Assembly (NCBI GenBank): GCA_027451985.1
Contig: DAIDHS010000014.1
Location: 1,748 to 65,747, forward strand
From: Elusimicrobiota bacterium
GTDB taxonomy: Bacteria; Elusimicrobiota; Elusimicrobia; UBA1565; UBA9628
Length of the DNA stretch: 64,000 bases
Direction: 5' to 3'
Made by a program: the position numbers and the translations under genes. Within the stretch, counting starts at the first letter, position 1. Every line of letters begins with the position of its first letter. The notes under the pieces were generated by a model, which was not told the origin of the DNA, did not search any database, and saw only the letters and a program-made list of their open reading frames with translations. Shown here in pieces: positions 1-9,876 of the stretch.

Positions 1-37
1 TTTTTGGAGGCGCGGTTAAATTCAAAAGAACAAAGCA

Positions 38-1732
38 TCAATGGTAATTTTCAAGCCGTAAAGCGCCGGCCAAATTCTTGGCCGCATTCGGATAGTTCGG
101 CTCCAAACGCAATGCCTCGCGGAATTGCGCGATGGCGCCATTTAAGTCTCTCCGCTCAACCATCACTAGGCCCATGGTATTATGGGCAACCGCGTTGGCA
201 GATTCCCCCGCCAAAACTACTTGCAGATACTCGTCCGCATCTTCCGGATGATTATCTGCGACATCGCGCAAAGCGAGATTCAGGAACCCTTGGAAATATT
301 GAGGGTGGAGCCGAGCTGCTTCTAAGTAATACCGAACGGCATCGGATTTCCTCCCGTTTTTATCCATGACCGTTCCCAAGATGTAGCTTACCAAGGGTTG
401 ATTGGGATACGCCAAACGCGCATACTGCCAGAGAGTGATCTCGTCATGCCATATCTCGCTCTGCCTCCATGTAAGCAACCCCAAAACCGAAAGAATAACC
501 ACCGTTCCCGCAAGCCAGATGCTCTTTAGACTCGAGGCGTTTTTTAATAATTTCAAAAGGCCGGCCCCAAGCGCCAAGGCGATTCCCAAAGATGGAAGAT
601 AGGTGTAACGATTCGCTACAAGCTCCTGCCCGAATTTCACTAAACCAATGACCGGCAGCAGCGCAACGATGAAATACGCCCATGCGGCCACTAAGATGGG
701 ACGAGTTCTTACCTTCCCCAGCAAGAACGTCGTAACTCCAAGAGTAAAAAGCGCTCCTATGATAAATTTCAACTTCCACGGATTAAACGGCTCCGGCATT
801 TCATAGAGCGGCACCAGACCAATGGGAAGGAATGTTTTAGAAACGTAGAAAGCGATGCTGTAGAGCGCCAGCATCCCACGGTCCAAAAAGCCGAGATTGC
901 CGATAGTCTCTACTCCCCCGAATTTTAACTGCCCGATAAGGCCAATGAATCCGATAATGCCGGCCGGGATTAGGAAGAGCATCTTTTCAAACCAGATCCC
1001 GCAGTACTTTCTCTCAAACCATTCATTAGGTGAGGAAGGCAGACGCTTCAAGGGATACAAATCCAGAATTAATAAAACGGCGGGGAAAATAATCGCAATG
1101 CCTTTAGACAACAGGGCCATCAGATACACGGCCCAACAGGTTCCAAAGAGAAGGCGTTTTATCCCCTTGGATTGTGCACCACAATAATTAAGATAGAGTA
1201 AAATGGCGCCAAGATAGAATAAGCCGCATAACACATCGCGGCGCTCGGTAATCCAAGCGACGGATTGCACTCGGAGAGGATGGATAGAAAAGAAAAGCGC
1301 CGCGAATGCGGCGGCGAAAATCGCCGTTTTTTCCCGGCTCTCTCCTAAACGGAAGAGGCGCAAGCAGATTAAATAGAACAAAGAAGCGTTGATCGCATGA
1401 ATGGCGATATTGACGAAATGATATCCCGCCGGATTCAGACCCCAGAAACGATAATCGCATGCGTAACTAAGCCAAGTCAAAGGCTGATATGGGCCATCCT
1501 TGAGCGTGGTAAACATCCAGGAAAGATGCGCCCAACTGAACCCCCTAAATCCTTGCGTTTCAAGCAAGTTCGCCGTATCGTCCCAAACAAAACCGCCTCG
1601 AAGAGCCGGAATGAACACGATGAAAGTTACAATAGAAACGACCAGCGCGCTGGACGCCTCAAAGGAGCATGTCTGCGTCCATAGTTTTCGGTTAGCTTCC
1701 TCGCCACTAGACTTTTTACCGTTTCTACTCAT
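38..1732 (-). CDS. TMTC-like GT-C membrane glycosyltransferase with C-terminal TPRs
   Basis: GFVWDD, YQPLT, HPLRVQSVAWITERRD, LLSK and ANRYTY motifs; many TM segments; TPR-like tail; AT-richer than neighbours. Confidence 0.8.
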   Translation of the reverse strand: MSRNGKKSSGEEANRKLWTQTCSFEASSALVVSIVTFIVFIPALRGGFVWDDTANLLETQGFRGFSWAHLSWMFTTLKDGPYQPLTWLSYACDYRFWGLNPAGYHFVNIAIHAINASLFYLICLRLFRLGESREKTAIFAAAFAALFFSIHPLRVQSVAWITERRDVLCGLFYLGAILLYLNYCGAQSKGIKRLLFGTCWAVYLMALLSKGIAIIFPAVLLILDLYPLKRLPSSPNEWFERKYCGIWFEKMLFLIPAGIIGFIGLIGQLKFGGVETIGNLGFLDRGMLALYSIAFYVSKTFLPIGLVPLYEMPEPFNPWKLKFIIGALFTLGVTTFLLGKVRTRPILVAAWAYFIVALLPVIGLVKFGQELVANRYTYLPSLGIALALGAGLLKLLKNASSLKSIWLAGTVVILSVLGLLTWRQSEIWHDEITLWQYARLAYPNQPLVSYILGTVMDKNGRKSDAVRYYLEAARLHPQYFQGFLNLALRDVADNHPEDADEYLQVVLAGESANAVAHNTMGLVMVERRDLNGAIAQFREALRLEPNYPNAAKNLAGALRLENYH

Positions 1733-1742
1733 ACCCTTTTGC

Positions 1743-2504
1743 TTATCCTTTCAGTCGCTCGTTCAAGAAGCCCGTGAGCGCGGACCAGACGCGCTCGCGG
1801 TCTTCGGGCGCCATGGACGCGAAGTCCATCGTGAGTACCGAGTGGCCGTGGCCTTCGACCTCCACGGGCTTGAAGCGCTCGCCGAAGCTCTCGCGCAGGG
1901 TCTCAAAGCGCTCCTTGCGGCAGAGCGGGTCGCCGATGAAGCGAAAGCCTAGCACCGGAATGTTTTCGGCCTTGGAGCGTGCGGCGGCATGGTTCCACTC
2001 CGCGCTGGGGATGCCCATGGCCGAATGGGAGTAGGACGACGCGGGTTGGCTTAGGACCGGCGCGATCATCTCGGGCTCCATCATCAAGCTTAACGCGAAG
2101 CGCCCGGTGAAACACATACCGATGGCGCCCACGCCGCGGCCGCCACGCTCAGCGTAGGCTTGGCGCGCCAGGGCGCGCAGCCAATCCGCGGCCGGGCTTT
2201 TCCCGCGCGTGCTGAGCACGCTGAATTCCCGCCATACGCAGGGCCACAAGAGCGGCGCCATGCCGTAGTTCTTGTCTGGCTCGCCGAACAAGAGCGGCAT
2301 GTAAATCGTGAAGCCCTCGTCAGCCAAGCGCCGCGCCAGTTCGATGCACTCGGGTGACATGCCCGGCAACTCGTGGATGAGCACCACGGCAGGACCACTG
2401 CCGCGCCGGTAGACCCGCGCCGCTCTGCCGCCGGCGCGGTCTTCACGTCCAGTGTCGAAGTCGAAGCTCTCGAATCCGTCTAGGTCCGAGGGCACGGCTG
2501 CCAT
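1743..2504 (-). CDS. Dienelactone hydrolase family protein
   Basis: HELPG, nucleophile GMCFTG, C-terminal HSVLT. Confidence 0.85.
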   Translation of the reverse strand: MAAVPSDLDGFESFDFDTGREDRAGGRAARVYRRGSGPAVVLIHELPGMSPECIELARRLADEGFTIYMPLLFGEPDKNYGMAPLLWPCVWREFSVLSTRGKSPAADWLRALARQAYAERGGRGVGAIGMCFTGRFALSLMMEPEMIAPVLSQPASSYSHSAMGIPSAEWNHAAARSKAENIPVLGFRFIGDPLCRKERFETLRESFGERFKPVEVEGHGHSVLTMDFASMAPEDRERVWSALTGFLNERLKG

Positions 2505-2509
2505 GAGGT

Positions 2510-2965
2510 TTACTTCAGTCTCTTCTCAAAGATGTAAGACGCCTTGACCTTCTCGTAGCCCTCACGCTCGTAGAACTTGTGAGCGCGCCGGCGGACGACG
2601 CGCGAACTAAAGCGCAGGCGCGTGTAGCCGCGCTTTAACGTCCACGCCTCGGCCGCGGCCAGCAAAAGTTTCCCCACCCCTTTCCCGCGCCAGACCTCGC
2701 CGACCACCAAGCCGCCCAAATACATGCCCGGCTCCGATTCCAGAAGCGGAAACGGAAAGACATGAATCCAGCCCACGACCGCGCCTCCCGAGACACGAGG
2801 CGCCTGCGCGGCGAAAACTGCGTGGCCGGAATGTCTTTCAATGAGCGCGAGGCGCCGGGCCAGCGCCTGGGGCTTCGTAGGATAACCCAGTTCTCCGGCG
2901 AGCTTGGCCGCTGCTTTGGCGTCAGAGAGGCGCAACCGGCGGATTTTGATCGGGTTTCCAGTCAA
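2510..2965 (-). CDS. GNAT N-acetyltransferase (start uncertain, TTG assumed)
   Basis: WRGKGVG acetyl-CoA motif, AHKFYEREGY; the longer ORF-track N-terminus overlaps the upstream gene. Confidence 0.8.
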   Translation of the reverse strand: MTGNPIKIRRLRLSDAKAAAKLAGELGYPTKPQALARRLALIERHSGHAVFAAQAPRVSGGAVVGWIHVFPFPLLESEPGMYLGGLVVGEVWRGKGVGKLLLAAAEAWTLKRGYTRLRFSSRVVRRRAHKFYEREGYEKVKASYIFEKRLK

Positions 2966-2976
2966 AGGAAGGCCGG

Positions 2977-4284
2977 TTATTCGATGGCCGGGCGCGCGGG
3001 GACGACTGCGTTGGCGCTCAAGACTTGCCCGAAGCCGTGGCGCCCCGCGATGGCCTCGTAAACGAAGTTGGAGATCTGGCGGATGACGTTGCCGCGGCGG
3101 TTCATCCATCTGAAATAGGGGTAGGCGCGTCGGGACTTCTGGATGATGCCGACCACGATGTAGGGGTACTCCTGCCCTTCGTGGCGGATGACCAGAATGC
3201 CCATGTCCCCGCACAGGCGGCTGGTGGTGCCGGTCTTGTCGAAGACCTCCGTGCTGGGCGGCAACTCGGCGGTGAAGAGCCGGTTGGGCTTGGGCAGGCT
3301 CATCAAGCGCAGAAGCTCGTCCGAGAACGGCAGCTGTTTGTTCCAGAGGGCATAGAGGAAGCGGCTGTAGTCATGGGCCGAGGCCTTGTTGCGGTAGGTC
3401 CGTCCGCTGTAGGGAATGTACTCAACCAAGTGCAGATTCTGCAGAAGACCGCCGTAGTTCTTCTTCAAAAGGCGCTGGACCGCCGCGGGGCCGCCCATCT
3501 TGCGCAGGAAATAATCGGCCGCCGCGTTGTCGGAGTCCTGAATCATCGCCGCCATGCGTCGACGAGCGTAGGGCGTGTAGCTCAGCCGTCCCTCACTGAC
3601 TTCCTTAAAGAAAGCCAGCGCGATGAAGGGCTTGATGAGGCTCGCGGTCTCCATCGGCTCGTCCTCGTTGATGCTGACCAAGGGCGTATTGGAGGTCAAA
3701 TCGTAGACGGACCAAGCCGTGCTCTCGTTGCCCTTGATGGCGCCGATGCGGCGCAGCCGCTCAATGTAGGAGTCGATCTCGGTCGAAAGGCTTGAGGGCT
3801 CCTGCAGGATTTTAACCGCGACGGGCTGGGCAGCGGCAGCGAGCTTGGCGCGGGAAGGCAAAACGCGCCGCCGACGGGCGATCCGACGGGCGCGCGTATG
3901 CCTGCGCGGAACCACCACGGGTTCCCACGGCCGAACCTCGATAATGGAGGCGGGGTAGAGCCCATAACGCGTCAGGAGGTTCGAATGCCGGTGCGCGGTC
4001 TTTGCCGCGGAGCGCATGTAGCCGCGGCGCCGATAAATGAGCCCGTAGTTTGGACCCCACTTGACCACCGCCAAGTGCCGCACGAAGCGCCGCCCAAACA
4101 CATGGCTCATTTGCCTCCGGTAAGCCATAATGCTGGGCAATTCCGCGGACCAGCGGTAGGAAATGTCGTAGAGCGGCCGAGGCTCTTGGGCTAAAGCCGG
4201 GCGCGGCAAAAGCGCCCAAGACAGAACAACCGCCACGGCCGCGCTTGCCGCGACGCCGCCCCATTTTCTCAACGCATGCGCCAT
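2977..4284 (-). CDS. Secreted class A beta-lactamase-like serine hydrolase (PBP-like) with basic N-terminal extension
   Basis: SxxK (ASLIK), SDN and KTG motifs; signal-peptide-like N-terminus. Confidence 0.8.
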   Translation of the reverse strand: MAHALRKWGGVAASAAVAVVLSWALLPRPALAQEPRPLYDISYRWSAELPSIMAYRRQMSHVFGRRFVRHLAVVKWGPNYGLIYRRRGYMRSAAKTAHRHSNLLTRYGLYPASIIEVRPWEPVVVPRRHTRARRIARRRRVLPSRAKLAAAAQPVAVKILQEPSSLSTEIDSYIERLRRIGAIKGNESTAWSVYDLTSNTPLVSINEDEPMETASLIKPFIALAFFKEVSEGRLSYTPYARRRMAAMIQDSDNAAADYFLRKMGGPAAVQRLLKKNYGGLLQNLHLVEYIPYSGRTYRNKASAHDYSRFLYALWNKQLPFSDELLRLMSLPKPNRLFTAELPPSTEVFDKTGTTSRLCGDMGILVIRHEGQEYPYIVVGIIQKSRRAYPYFRWMNRRGNVIRQISNFVYEAIAGRHGFGQVLSANAVVPARPAIE

Positions 4285-4321
4285 AGACTCTATATTTTTA
4301 GACTAAATTTACGGATTTTTC

Positions 4322-4380
4322 AAGGGGGCGGAGGTTAAAACCCCCGCCCCCATTTAAAAGCAAGCGGCAGAGCCGCTTTC
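4322..4380 (-). terminator. Two hairpins after the C1A protease gene
   Basis: AAGCGGC-N3-GCCGCTT followed by GCTTTT on the minus strand; GGGGGCGGGGGTT/AACCTCCGCCCCC stem. Confidence 0.6.
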
Positions 4381-4385
4381 CCTAA

Positions 4386-5381
4386 TTATTTAAAGACAAA
4401 ATAAGCGGCTTCCTCAGCCACGTCGTTGCAACGCTGGCCCTGGGCGTCGGTCATCTTGGAGAGCATGTAGCCGTTCATGCCCCAGGACGTGCCCCAGCTG
4501 TTGCGCAGGATCCAGACGCCTTTACCCGGAGGCAGGTTGCCATTCTTGCCGAACTTAGCCCCCTGGTTATCCCAGCCCACGATGTTGATCATGTGATCGA
4601 TCTGCCCCATCTTGCAGCCGTTGTAGACACCGCTCTGGTAGTTTTCCCAGTCGCCCGTAGCGGCCGCCACGTCGACCGAAACCGGCTTGCCGCTCTTGGT
4701 CATATAGGCCTCGATATCCCGCTCGCTCGGACTGTGCCCCGGCTTGCCCAGCATGTGCCACGCTTTGATGCGCATGACCGGTCCCTGGGGCTTGGCCGGG
4801 CATTGGCCGGCGCCTTCCTGGTAGAAACAGCGGCCCTGCGGGTCTGAGCCGGCCAAGGGCTGGCCCGGGTGGATGAAGTCGTTAGCCGAGTCGAAGTCGC
4901 CGCCGTTGCAGCCGTCGGCCTCGGGAGAGTTGTCCACGAGCCACTCCTGGGAAAGATCCCCGGGGTCCTTGCCGTCGGCGATCGCGTGCCCGTCGCGGTT
5001 GGTCGCGGTCAGGCTGAAGGCCCAGCAGGATCCGCACTGGCCCTGGTCCTGGATGGGAGTGAGCTCGGGGCGGAGATCAAAGGTATTGGGAATGGGAAGA
5101 GACATGCGCTGGGCAGAAACGGAGGCGGATTCCCAGTCGGACTTGGGCAGGGATTTATGGATAAACCCCGTCTCATGGATGGACTCGTACGGAGCGATCG
5201 TGTAGGTCTTCACGACGCTTGAGGAGAACTTCTTGCTCTGCGCCTCCTTCCCGAACGATCTGACGACGGAATTTACGCCCGTTCCCTGATCGAAATTAAC
5301 CTGGGTCTTGTCCGAAGCGAAGCTTTGGGCGCCGGCGATGAAGACGCAAGCGAAAGCCAAGACGAGGCATCTTTTAATCAT
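4386..5381 (-). CDS. Secreted papain-family (C1A) cysteine protease
   Basis: QGQCGSCWAF, DH, RNSWGTSWG motifs; signal peptide. Confidence 0.92.
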   Translation of the reverse strand: MIKRCLVLAFACVFIAGAQSFASDKTQVNFDQGTGVNSVVRSFGKEAQSKKFSSSVVKTYTIAPYESIHETGFIHKSLPKSDWESASVSAQRMSLPIPNTFDLRPELTPIQDQGQCGSCWAFSLTATNRDGHAIADGKDPGDLSQEWLVDNSPEADGCNGGDFDSANDFIHPGQPLAGSDPQGRCFYQEGAGQCPAKPQGPVMRIKAWHMLGKPGHSPSERDIEAYMTKSGKPVSVDVAAATGDWENYQSGVYNGCKMGQIDHMINIVGWDNQGAKFGKNGNLPPGKGVWILRNSWGTSWGMNGYMLSKMTDAQGQRCNDVAEEAAYFVFK

Positions 5382-5499
5382 AACCCTCTCCTGTGCGCAA
5401 GTTCGGCCGCAAGGCGACCGCTACTTTACGGCTCGGAAAAGCCTAGCGATTATGGCGGCGGGAATGCAAGGTCCGGGCGCGGCCAGGACCGCGGAACCT

Positions 5500-7152
5500 C
5501 TACTTGACGTCCTTGAGGTCCGCCATGTACTTCTGCGCGATGGTGCCGACCGCCAAGCGATAGTTGATCTCGGCCTGGGCCAGCGCGAGCGCGACGCCGT
5601 TGAGGCTTTGCTGCGCCTGCAGGGCCAAGTCTTGAGACTGCAGCACGCGGAAGGAATCGCTCAGGCCCAGACGCAGCCGTGCTTGCTCCTGCTCGAACTG
5701 CAGCCAGGACAGCCGCGCCGCAGCCTGGGCCACTTGGTAGCGCAAAGACTCGGTCTCAACGCCGCGCACGGCCGAGCGCACATCGAAGCGTACGGTGTTC
5801 TCCGTCCCTTGCAGCGCAAGTTCAGCCTGCTCCCGCGCGGCCTTGGCGGCGCGGTACTTGTCGATGTAGATGCGGTCACCGATGGGAATACTGAAGGCCC
5901 CCCCCACCGACCAAGCGTGGTCGCGGCCGTGCAGGGCGCCGGTAATGGCGTCGTTGAGCGCGCCCGGATCGCCGCTTTGGTTGCTGCCGCCGCTGGCCAA
6001 GGTGCCGGTGAAGTCAAGCTGAGGCAGAAGCGCGTTCCTGGCTTGGGCCAGGAAGGCGTTCTGCTCCGCCAGCACGCTGCGGGCCTGAGCGACGTCGGGG
6101 CGGAGCTTGAGCGCCATGGCCACGGCCTGAGAAAGCGGCGGCAACGTCGGAGCGGCCGCGGGCGCGCCGGTGGCTGTACCGATGGTGTAGCGCTCGTTAT
6201 CGAGCAGTTCCTGCACCTGCGCGCCGTAACAAAGGAAAATCAGATTATCCGCGTCGTCCTCACGGGTGCGCACGGCCTCCAAATAGGAGGTGCGCAGGAT
6301 TTCCACCTGCTCCTCCGAGGTCAGCGCGTCGTGCGCGGAGAGCAGGTTCAACTTGTTGAGCTCCTGGTTCTGGCGCATGATTTTTTCCGCGATGCGCAGG
6401 GACTTGAGCGTCACGGCCTCATTGCTCTCGTCTTGCCGAAGCGTCCAATAGCCGCTCTCGACCGCGGCCACCGTTTGCTGCAAAATGCGTTTGGACGCGG
6501 CCAGAGCCGCGTCGCCGCCCTCCTGCGCGATTTTGGCCGCGGCGAAAGCGGCGCTGCGCCCGAAACCCCGCAAAAGCGGCTGGGTGACGTCCAAGATGAC
6601 GCTTGAGTTGAACAGCGGCTGCGTGGGGGCGATCGAGTTCTCCTGCGTGCGCTGATTCTGCGCCGAAATGGAGAGCAGCGTGCCGATGGTGGTGTTTTTG
6701 TCGATTTTGAAAGTGGTGGTCTGGGAGTTGCTGTAGCTTTCCGCCGGAATCACGCCCGGCGTGTAAACGACGTGCTGGCCGATGTGGCTCTGCGAATAAT
6801 CGGCGCTGAAAACCGGATCGAAGGCGGCGACGTTCGCCTTGGCCCCGTAGCGCGCGTTGGCCAGGGCCGCCTCCGAGGCCAGGAAGCTCAGGTTGCGCGC
6901 GACCGCGACCTGGACCAGCGTCTCAAGCGGCACGCGCACGATAGTTTCATCGACGGTAAAGCGCGTCACCACGTCCGCGGTCGAAACCACCATCGCCGCG
7001 GCCTCCGCGGACAAGGTCGAGACGCTCAAGGCCGCGGATGGCGGCGCAGGAACTTTGGCCGCCGACCTGGCTGCGCGGGCTTGTCCGGGCGCGGCGCAAA
7101 GCAGAAGAGCCGCCGCAGCAATCAGAGCCTGAAGCTTCCCCCTCATGCTCAA
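5500..7152 (-). CDS. TolC-family outer-membrane efflux protein of the RiPP exporter
   Basis: Signal peptide, OEP-type repeats (TQPLLRGFG, RPDV, LLPQLD); start overlaps the ABC transporter stop. Confidence 0.88.
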   Translation of the reverse strand: MSMRGKLQALIAAAALLLCAAPGQARAARSAAKVPAPPSAALSVSTLSAEAAAMVVSTADVVTRFTVDETIVRVPLETLVQVAVARNLSFLASEAALANARYGAKANVAAFDPVFSADYSQSHIGQHVVYTPGVIPAESYSNSQTTTFKIDKNTTIGTLLSISAQNQRTQENSIAPTQPLFNSSVILDVTQPLLRGFGRSAAFAAAKIAQEGGDAALAASKRILQQTVAAVESGYWTLRQDESNEAVTLKSLRIAEKIMRQNQELNKLNLLSAHDALTSEEQVEILRTSYLEAVRTREDDADNLIFLCYGAQVQELLDNERYTIGTATGAPAAAPTLPPLSQAVAMALKLRPDVAQARSVLAEQNAFLAQARNALLPQLDFTGTLASGGSNQSGDPGALNDAITGALHGRDHAWSVGGAFSIPIGDRIYIDKYRAAKAAREQAELALQGTENTVRFDVRSAVRGVETESLRYQVAQAAARLSWLQFEQEQARLRLGLSDSFRVLQSQDLALQAQQSLNGVALALAQAEINYRLAVGTIAQKYMADLKDVK

Positions 7153-9875
7153 GCCATCTGCCTCGATATGAGATCTTTAAAAAGGCCGGGCGTGTCGGCC
7201 AACGCGTCGAAAGTCCCTTCCTGCGCGATGCGGCCCTTATCGAGGACGATGACTCGATCAGCGTTGCGAATCGTGCTCAAGCGGTGCGCGATGACCACGC
7301 GCGTGACGTGCAAGGCATCCAGGCTCTTGGTCACCACTTCCTGCGTGGTGTTGTCCAGCGCGCTGGTGGCCTCGTCGAAATAAATCTTCTTGGGGCGCCG
7401 AGCCAAGGCTCGGGCGATCAAGAGGCGCTGGCGCTGGCCGCCCGACAAGGTCGAGGCGCCTTCGCTGATCAAGGTGAACATGCCCATGGGCATGTCGCGG
7501 ATGTCCTGCGCCACGCCGGCCAGCTCCGCCGCGGCCCAGGCGTCCTCCACACTCAAGGGCAGGCTGCCCACGATGTTGCGGTAGATGTCCCCGGCTAAGA
7601 GCCGGCCGTTTTGCAGCACCACGCCGATTTGCCGGCGGACTGAGCCGGCGTCGACTTTGGAAAGGTCCTGCCCGTCGTAATAAATGGATCCGATTTCGGG
7701 CGTCTCAAATCCCAGCAGAAGCCGCAGGATGGTCGACTTGCCCGATCCGGAGGGCCCCACCAGCGCCACGAACTCTCCGGGCTCGACGCGGAAGGACACG
7801 TCGTCAAGGACCTTGGGGCCGTCCGGGCGGTAGCGGAAGCTGACGTGGTTGACTTCTAGGCGCCCGCTCAAGGCCTTCGAGGCGGGCTTGGCCGAGTCCG
7901 CCTCTGGCAGCGTCTCCATGATGGGCTTGGCGTTTTTCCAGATGGGGATGACGTTCAAAATCGAAAAGGCCGTGCCGCTCAGGGAGATGCCGGCGTTTAA
8001 GAAGACCGTGAAAGCCGCCATGAAGGCGACAAAATCGCCCACCGAGAGCTTCAGGGGCGTCCCGCCGGCGGCCGGATGCATCTTCATATGCACCAACCAA
8101 AAGATTGCCGCGCTGGTGAACACCGGAATCATTGCGTTGAAGACCTGAATGAGATTGTCGTAGGCGTTGGCGGCGAAGGTGAGCTTGGTCGACTCGGCGT
8201 AGGACTTGCTCCACACCGCGAAGCCCCGGCGCTCGGCCGCGGCCACGCGGAGCTTTGAGATGCCGCCCAAAAGCTGGAAGACCAGCCCGGAAATCTTGTT
8301 GTCGAGGGCGGTGAGCTTGTAGCGCAGGCGCAGGGACATCCACAGACAGGCGCTATAGACCGCGACCGCGGCGGCCAGCATGCCGCAGGCGTAGAGCGCC
8401 AGGCCGGAGTCGTAGTAGAAAAGCAGGAAGAGGTTCAAGGCCGCGTGCAGGCTGTTGAGTACCGTCGTCATGACACTGCCGCTTAAGATCTGCTGGATGG
8501 AATTGACCGCGTTGGCGCGCTCGGCCAGTTCTCCCACGCTGTAGTCGCGAAAAAAAGGCACTGGCAGGCGCAAGAGCCTGTCCCAAAGCGCGGCCTGAAC
8601 CTCACCGTTGTACCTGCCGTTAATGCGCATCATGGCCACGCTTTGCGTCAGGCCGAAGAAAGCCGTAGCCAGCGCCGCCGCAACCAGGGCCAGCGTGTAC
8701 TGCATTAGGGCGCCGTACTCGGTGTTGGGGATGACCGTGTCGAAGAGCTTGCCCGTGACCCACGGGGCGGCCAGCCCCAGGACGGCGCCTGCTCCGGCCA
8801 TGAGTGCCAGCATCAGGAGATCGCCGCGCACTTCCTTGGCCACGAAACCCGCCACGTCCCGAAAGCGCACGACGGAATCCGGGAAGGGGCGGTAGAAGAC
8901 ATAGCCGAACGGCGAAAGGGAGCGCGCGGCCGCGGCGTCCACCGGGCGCCGCGAACCGTCCTCAGGATTAAAAATCTCGTAGGAGCCGGGCTTGACCGGC
9001 AGCAGGGCCACGGGCGGCCCGCAGAAATCACCATCGGGAGACGGCGGAGCGCCTAGCGCGGGAGCCGCCTCATCCGCGGGTTTTTCCGGAGCGGGCCCGC
9101 CCAAAGAGGCCAGAATAGGCCCGCAGTCGCTCTTCCACCAAGCCCCGCGCAAGGCGATGCGGCGCGAGCGCACGCGTGAGGCTTGACAGACGGCATCCAA
9201 GTAAAATCGGGGCGCGGGGTAGTCCGCGCGCCCGCCGGGATGAGAAAATTCGACGCCCATGGCTTCGCCCACCGCCAGCATGGCGCCGAAGAAGTGGTCG
9301 TCTTCGGGCGCGGCCAAGGCCGCGCCGGCCTTGGGCTCGATGATGCGGGCGAGGCGATTTAAGGCTGCGCGGTAAGCGCGCTCATCCGAAGCCTTGCGCC
9401 GCTCCAGACGTTTGGCGTCCTCAGCTTCGCCTTTTTCGGCCAAGTCCGCCAGGCGTTCCATCAATCCGTCTTGCAGGCTTAAAACCTGATCCAGAGCGGC
9501 CTCCTCCTCCGCGACCTTCGCGTCAGCCGATCCTGTCGGAGAGAAAGCGTCCGCCATGATTTGAAGGTAGAGTCTAAAATCCGCCGCGGCGCCCGCCGTC
9601 CCGGCGAACTCGCGCGCGTCTTGGCGGCGCACGGAGGCGCCCTGCCGCCCGACCGCGAGCAGGCTAAAGCCGCGCCGCGGCGGGGCACCCGCAAAAATAC
9701 GCCCGGCCGGAGCGGTGAAAACGTGCCGCCGCGGCCCCACAGGAACGCCGTTTTGGGCGCGCACGGCAAAGACGTCGACCTGGCCCGATTCGACCTTGTA
9801 AATCCAGCGCGCGTCGTCCAAGATGAGCGGGTGGTTGCCGGACAAAGACATTGCGGCCTGGGCTTCGTAGCTCAT
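7149..9875 (-). CDS. NHLP bacteriocin-system ABC transporter permease/ATPase (TIGR03797-like)
   Basis: N-terminal cNMP-like region, ALRGAWWKSDCGP motif, TMD, GPSGSGKS, LSGGQRQR, DEATSALD. Confidence 0.93.
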   Translation of the reverse strand: MSYEAQAAMSLSGNHPLILDDARWIYKVESGQVDVFAVRAQNGVPVGPRRHVFTAPAGRIFAGAPPRRGFSLLAVGRQGASVRRQDAREFAGTAGAAADFRLYLQIMADAFSPTGSADAKVAEEEAALDQVLSLQDGLMERLADLAEKGEAEDAKRLERRKASDERAYRAALNRLARIIEPKAGAALAAPEDDHFFGAMLAVGEAMGVEFSHPGGRADYPAPRFYLDAVCQASRVRSRRIALRGAWWKSDCGPILASLGGPAPEKPADEAAPALGAPPSPDGDFCGPPVALLPVKPGSYEIFNPEDGSRRPVDAAAARSLSPFGYVFYRPFPDSVVRFRDVAGFVAKEVRGDLLMLALMAGAGAVLGLAAPWVTGKLFDTVIPNTEYGALMQYTLALVAAALATAFFGLTQSVAMMRINGRYNGEVQAALWDRLLRLPVPFFRDYSVGELAERANAVNSIQQILSGSVMTTVLNSLHAALNLFLLFYYDSGLALYACGMLAAAVAVYSACLWMSLRLRYKLTALDNKISGLVFQLLGGISKLRVAAAERRGFAVWSKSYAESTKLTFAANAYDNLIQVFNAMIPVFTSAAIFWLVHMKMHPAAGGTPLKLSVGDFVAFMAAFTVFLNAGISLSGTAFSILNVIPIWKNAKPIMETLPEADSAKPASKALSGRLEVNHVSFRYRPDGPKVLDDVSFRVEPGEFVALVGPSGSGKSTILRLLLGFETPEIGSIYYDGQDLSKVDAGSVRRQIGVVLQNGRLLAGDIYRNIVGSLPLSVEDAWAAAELAGVAQDIRDMPMGMFTLISEGASTLSGGQRQRLLIARALARRPKKIYFDEATSALDNTTQEVVTKSLDALHVTRVVIAHRLSTIRNADRVIVLDKGRIAQEGTFDALADTPGLFKDLISRQMA

Positions 9876-9876
9876 C

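Noticed and set aside
2977-4284. Antibiotic-resistance beta-lactamase
   Set aside because: SxxK/SDN/KTG are present but no clear omega-loop ExxLN; the long extension suggests a cell-wall enzyme
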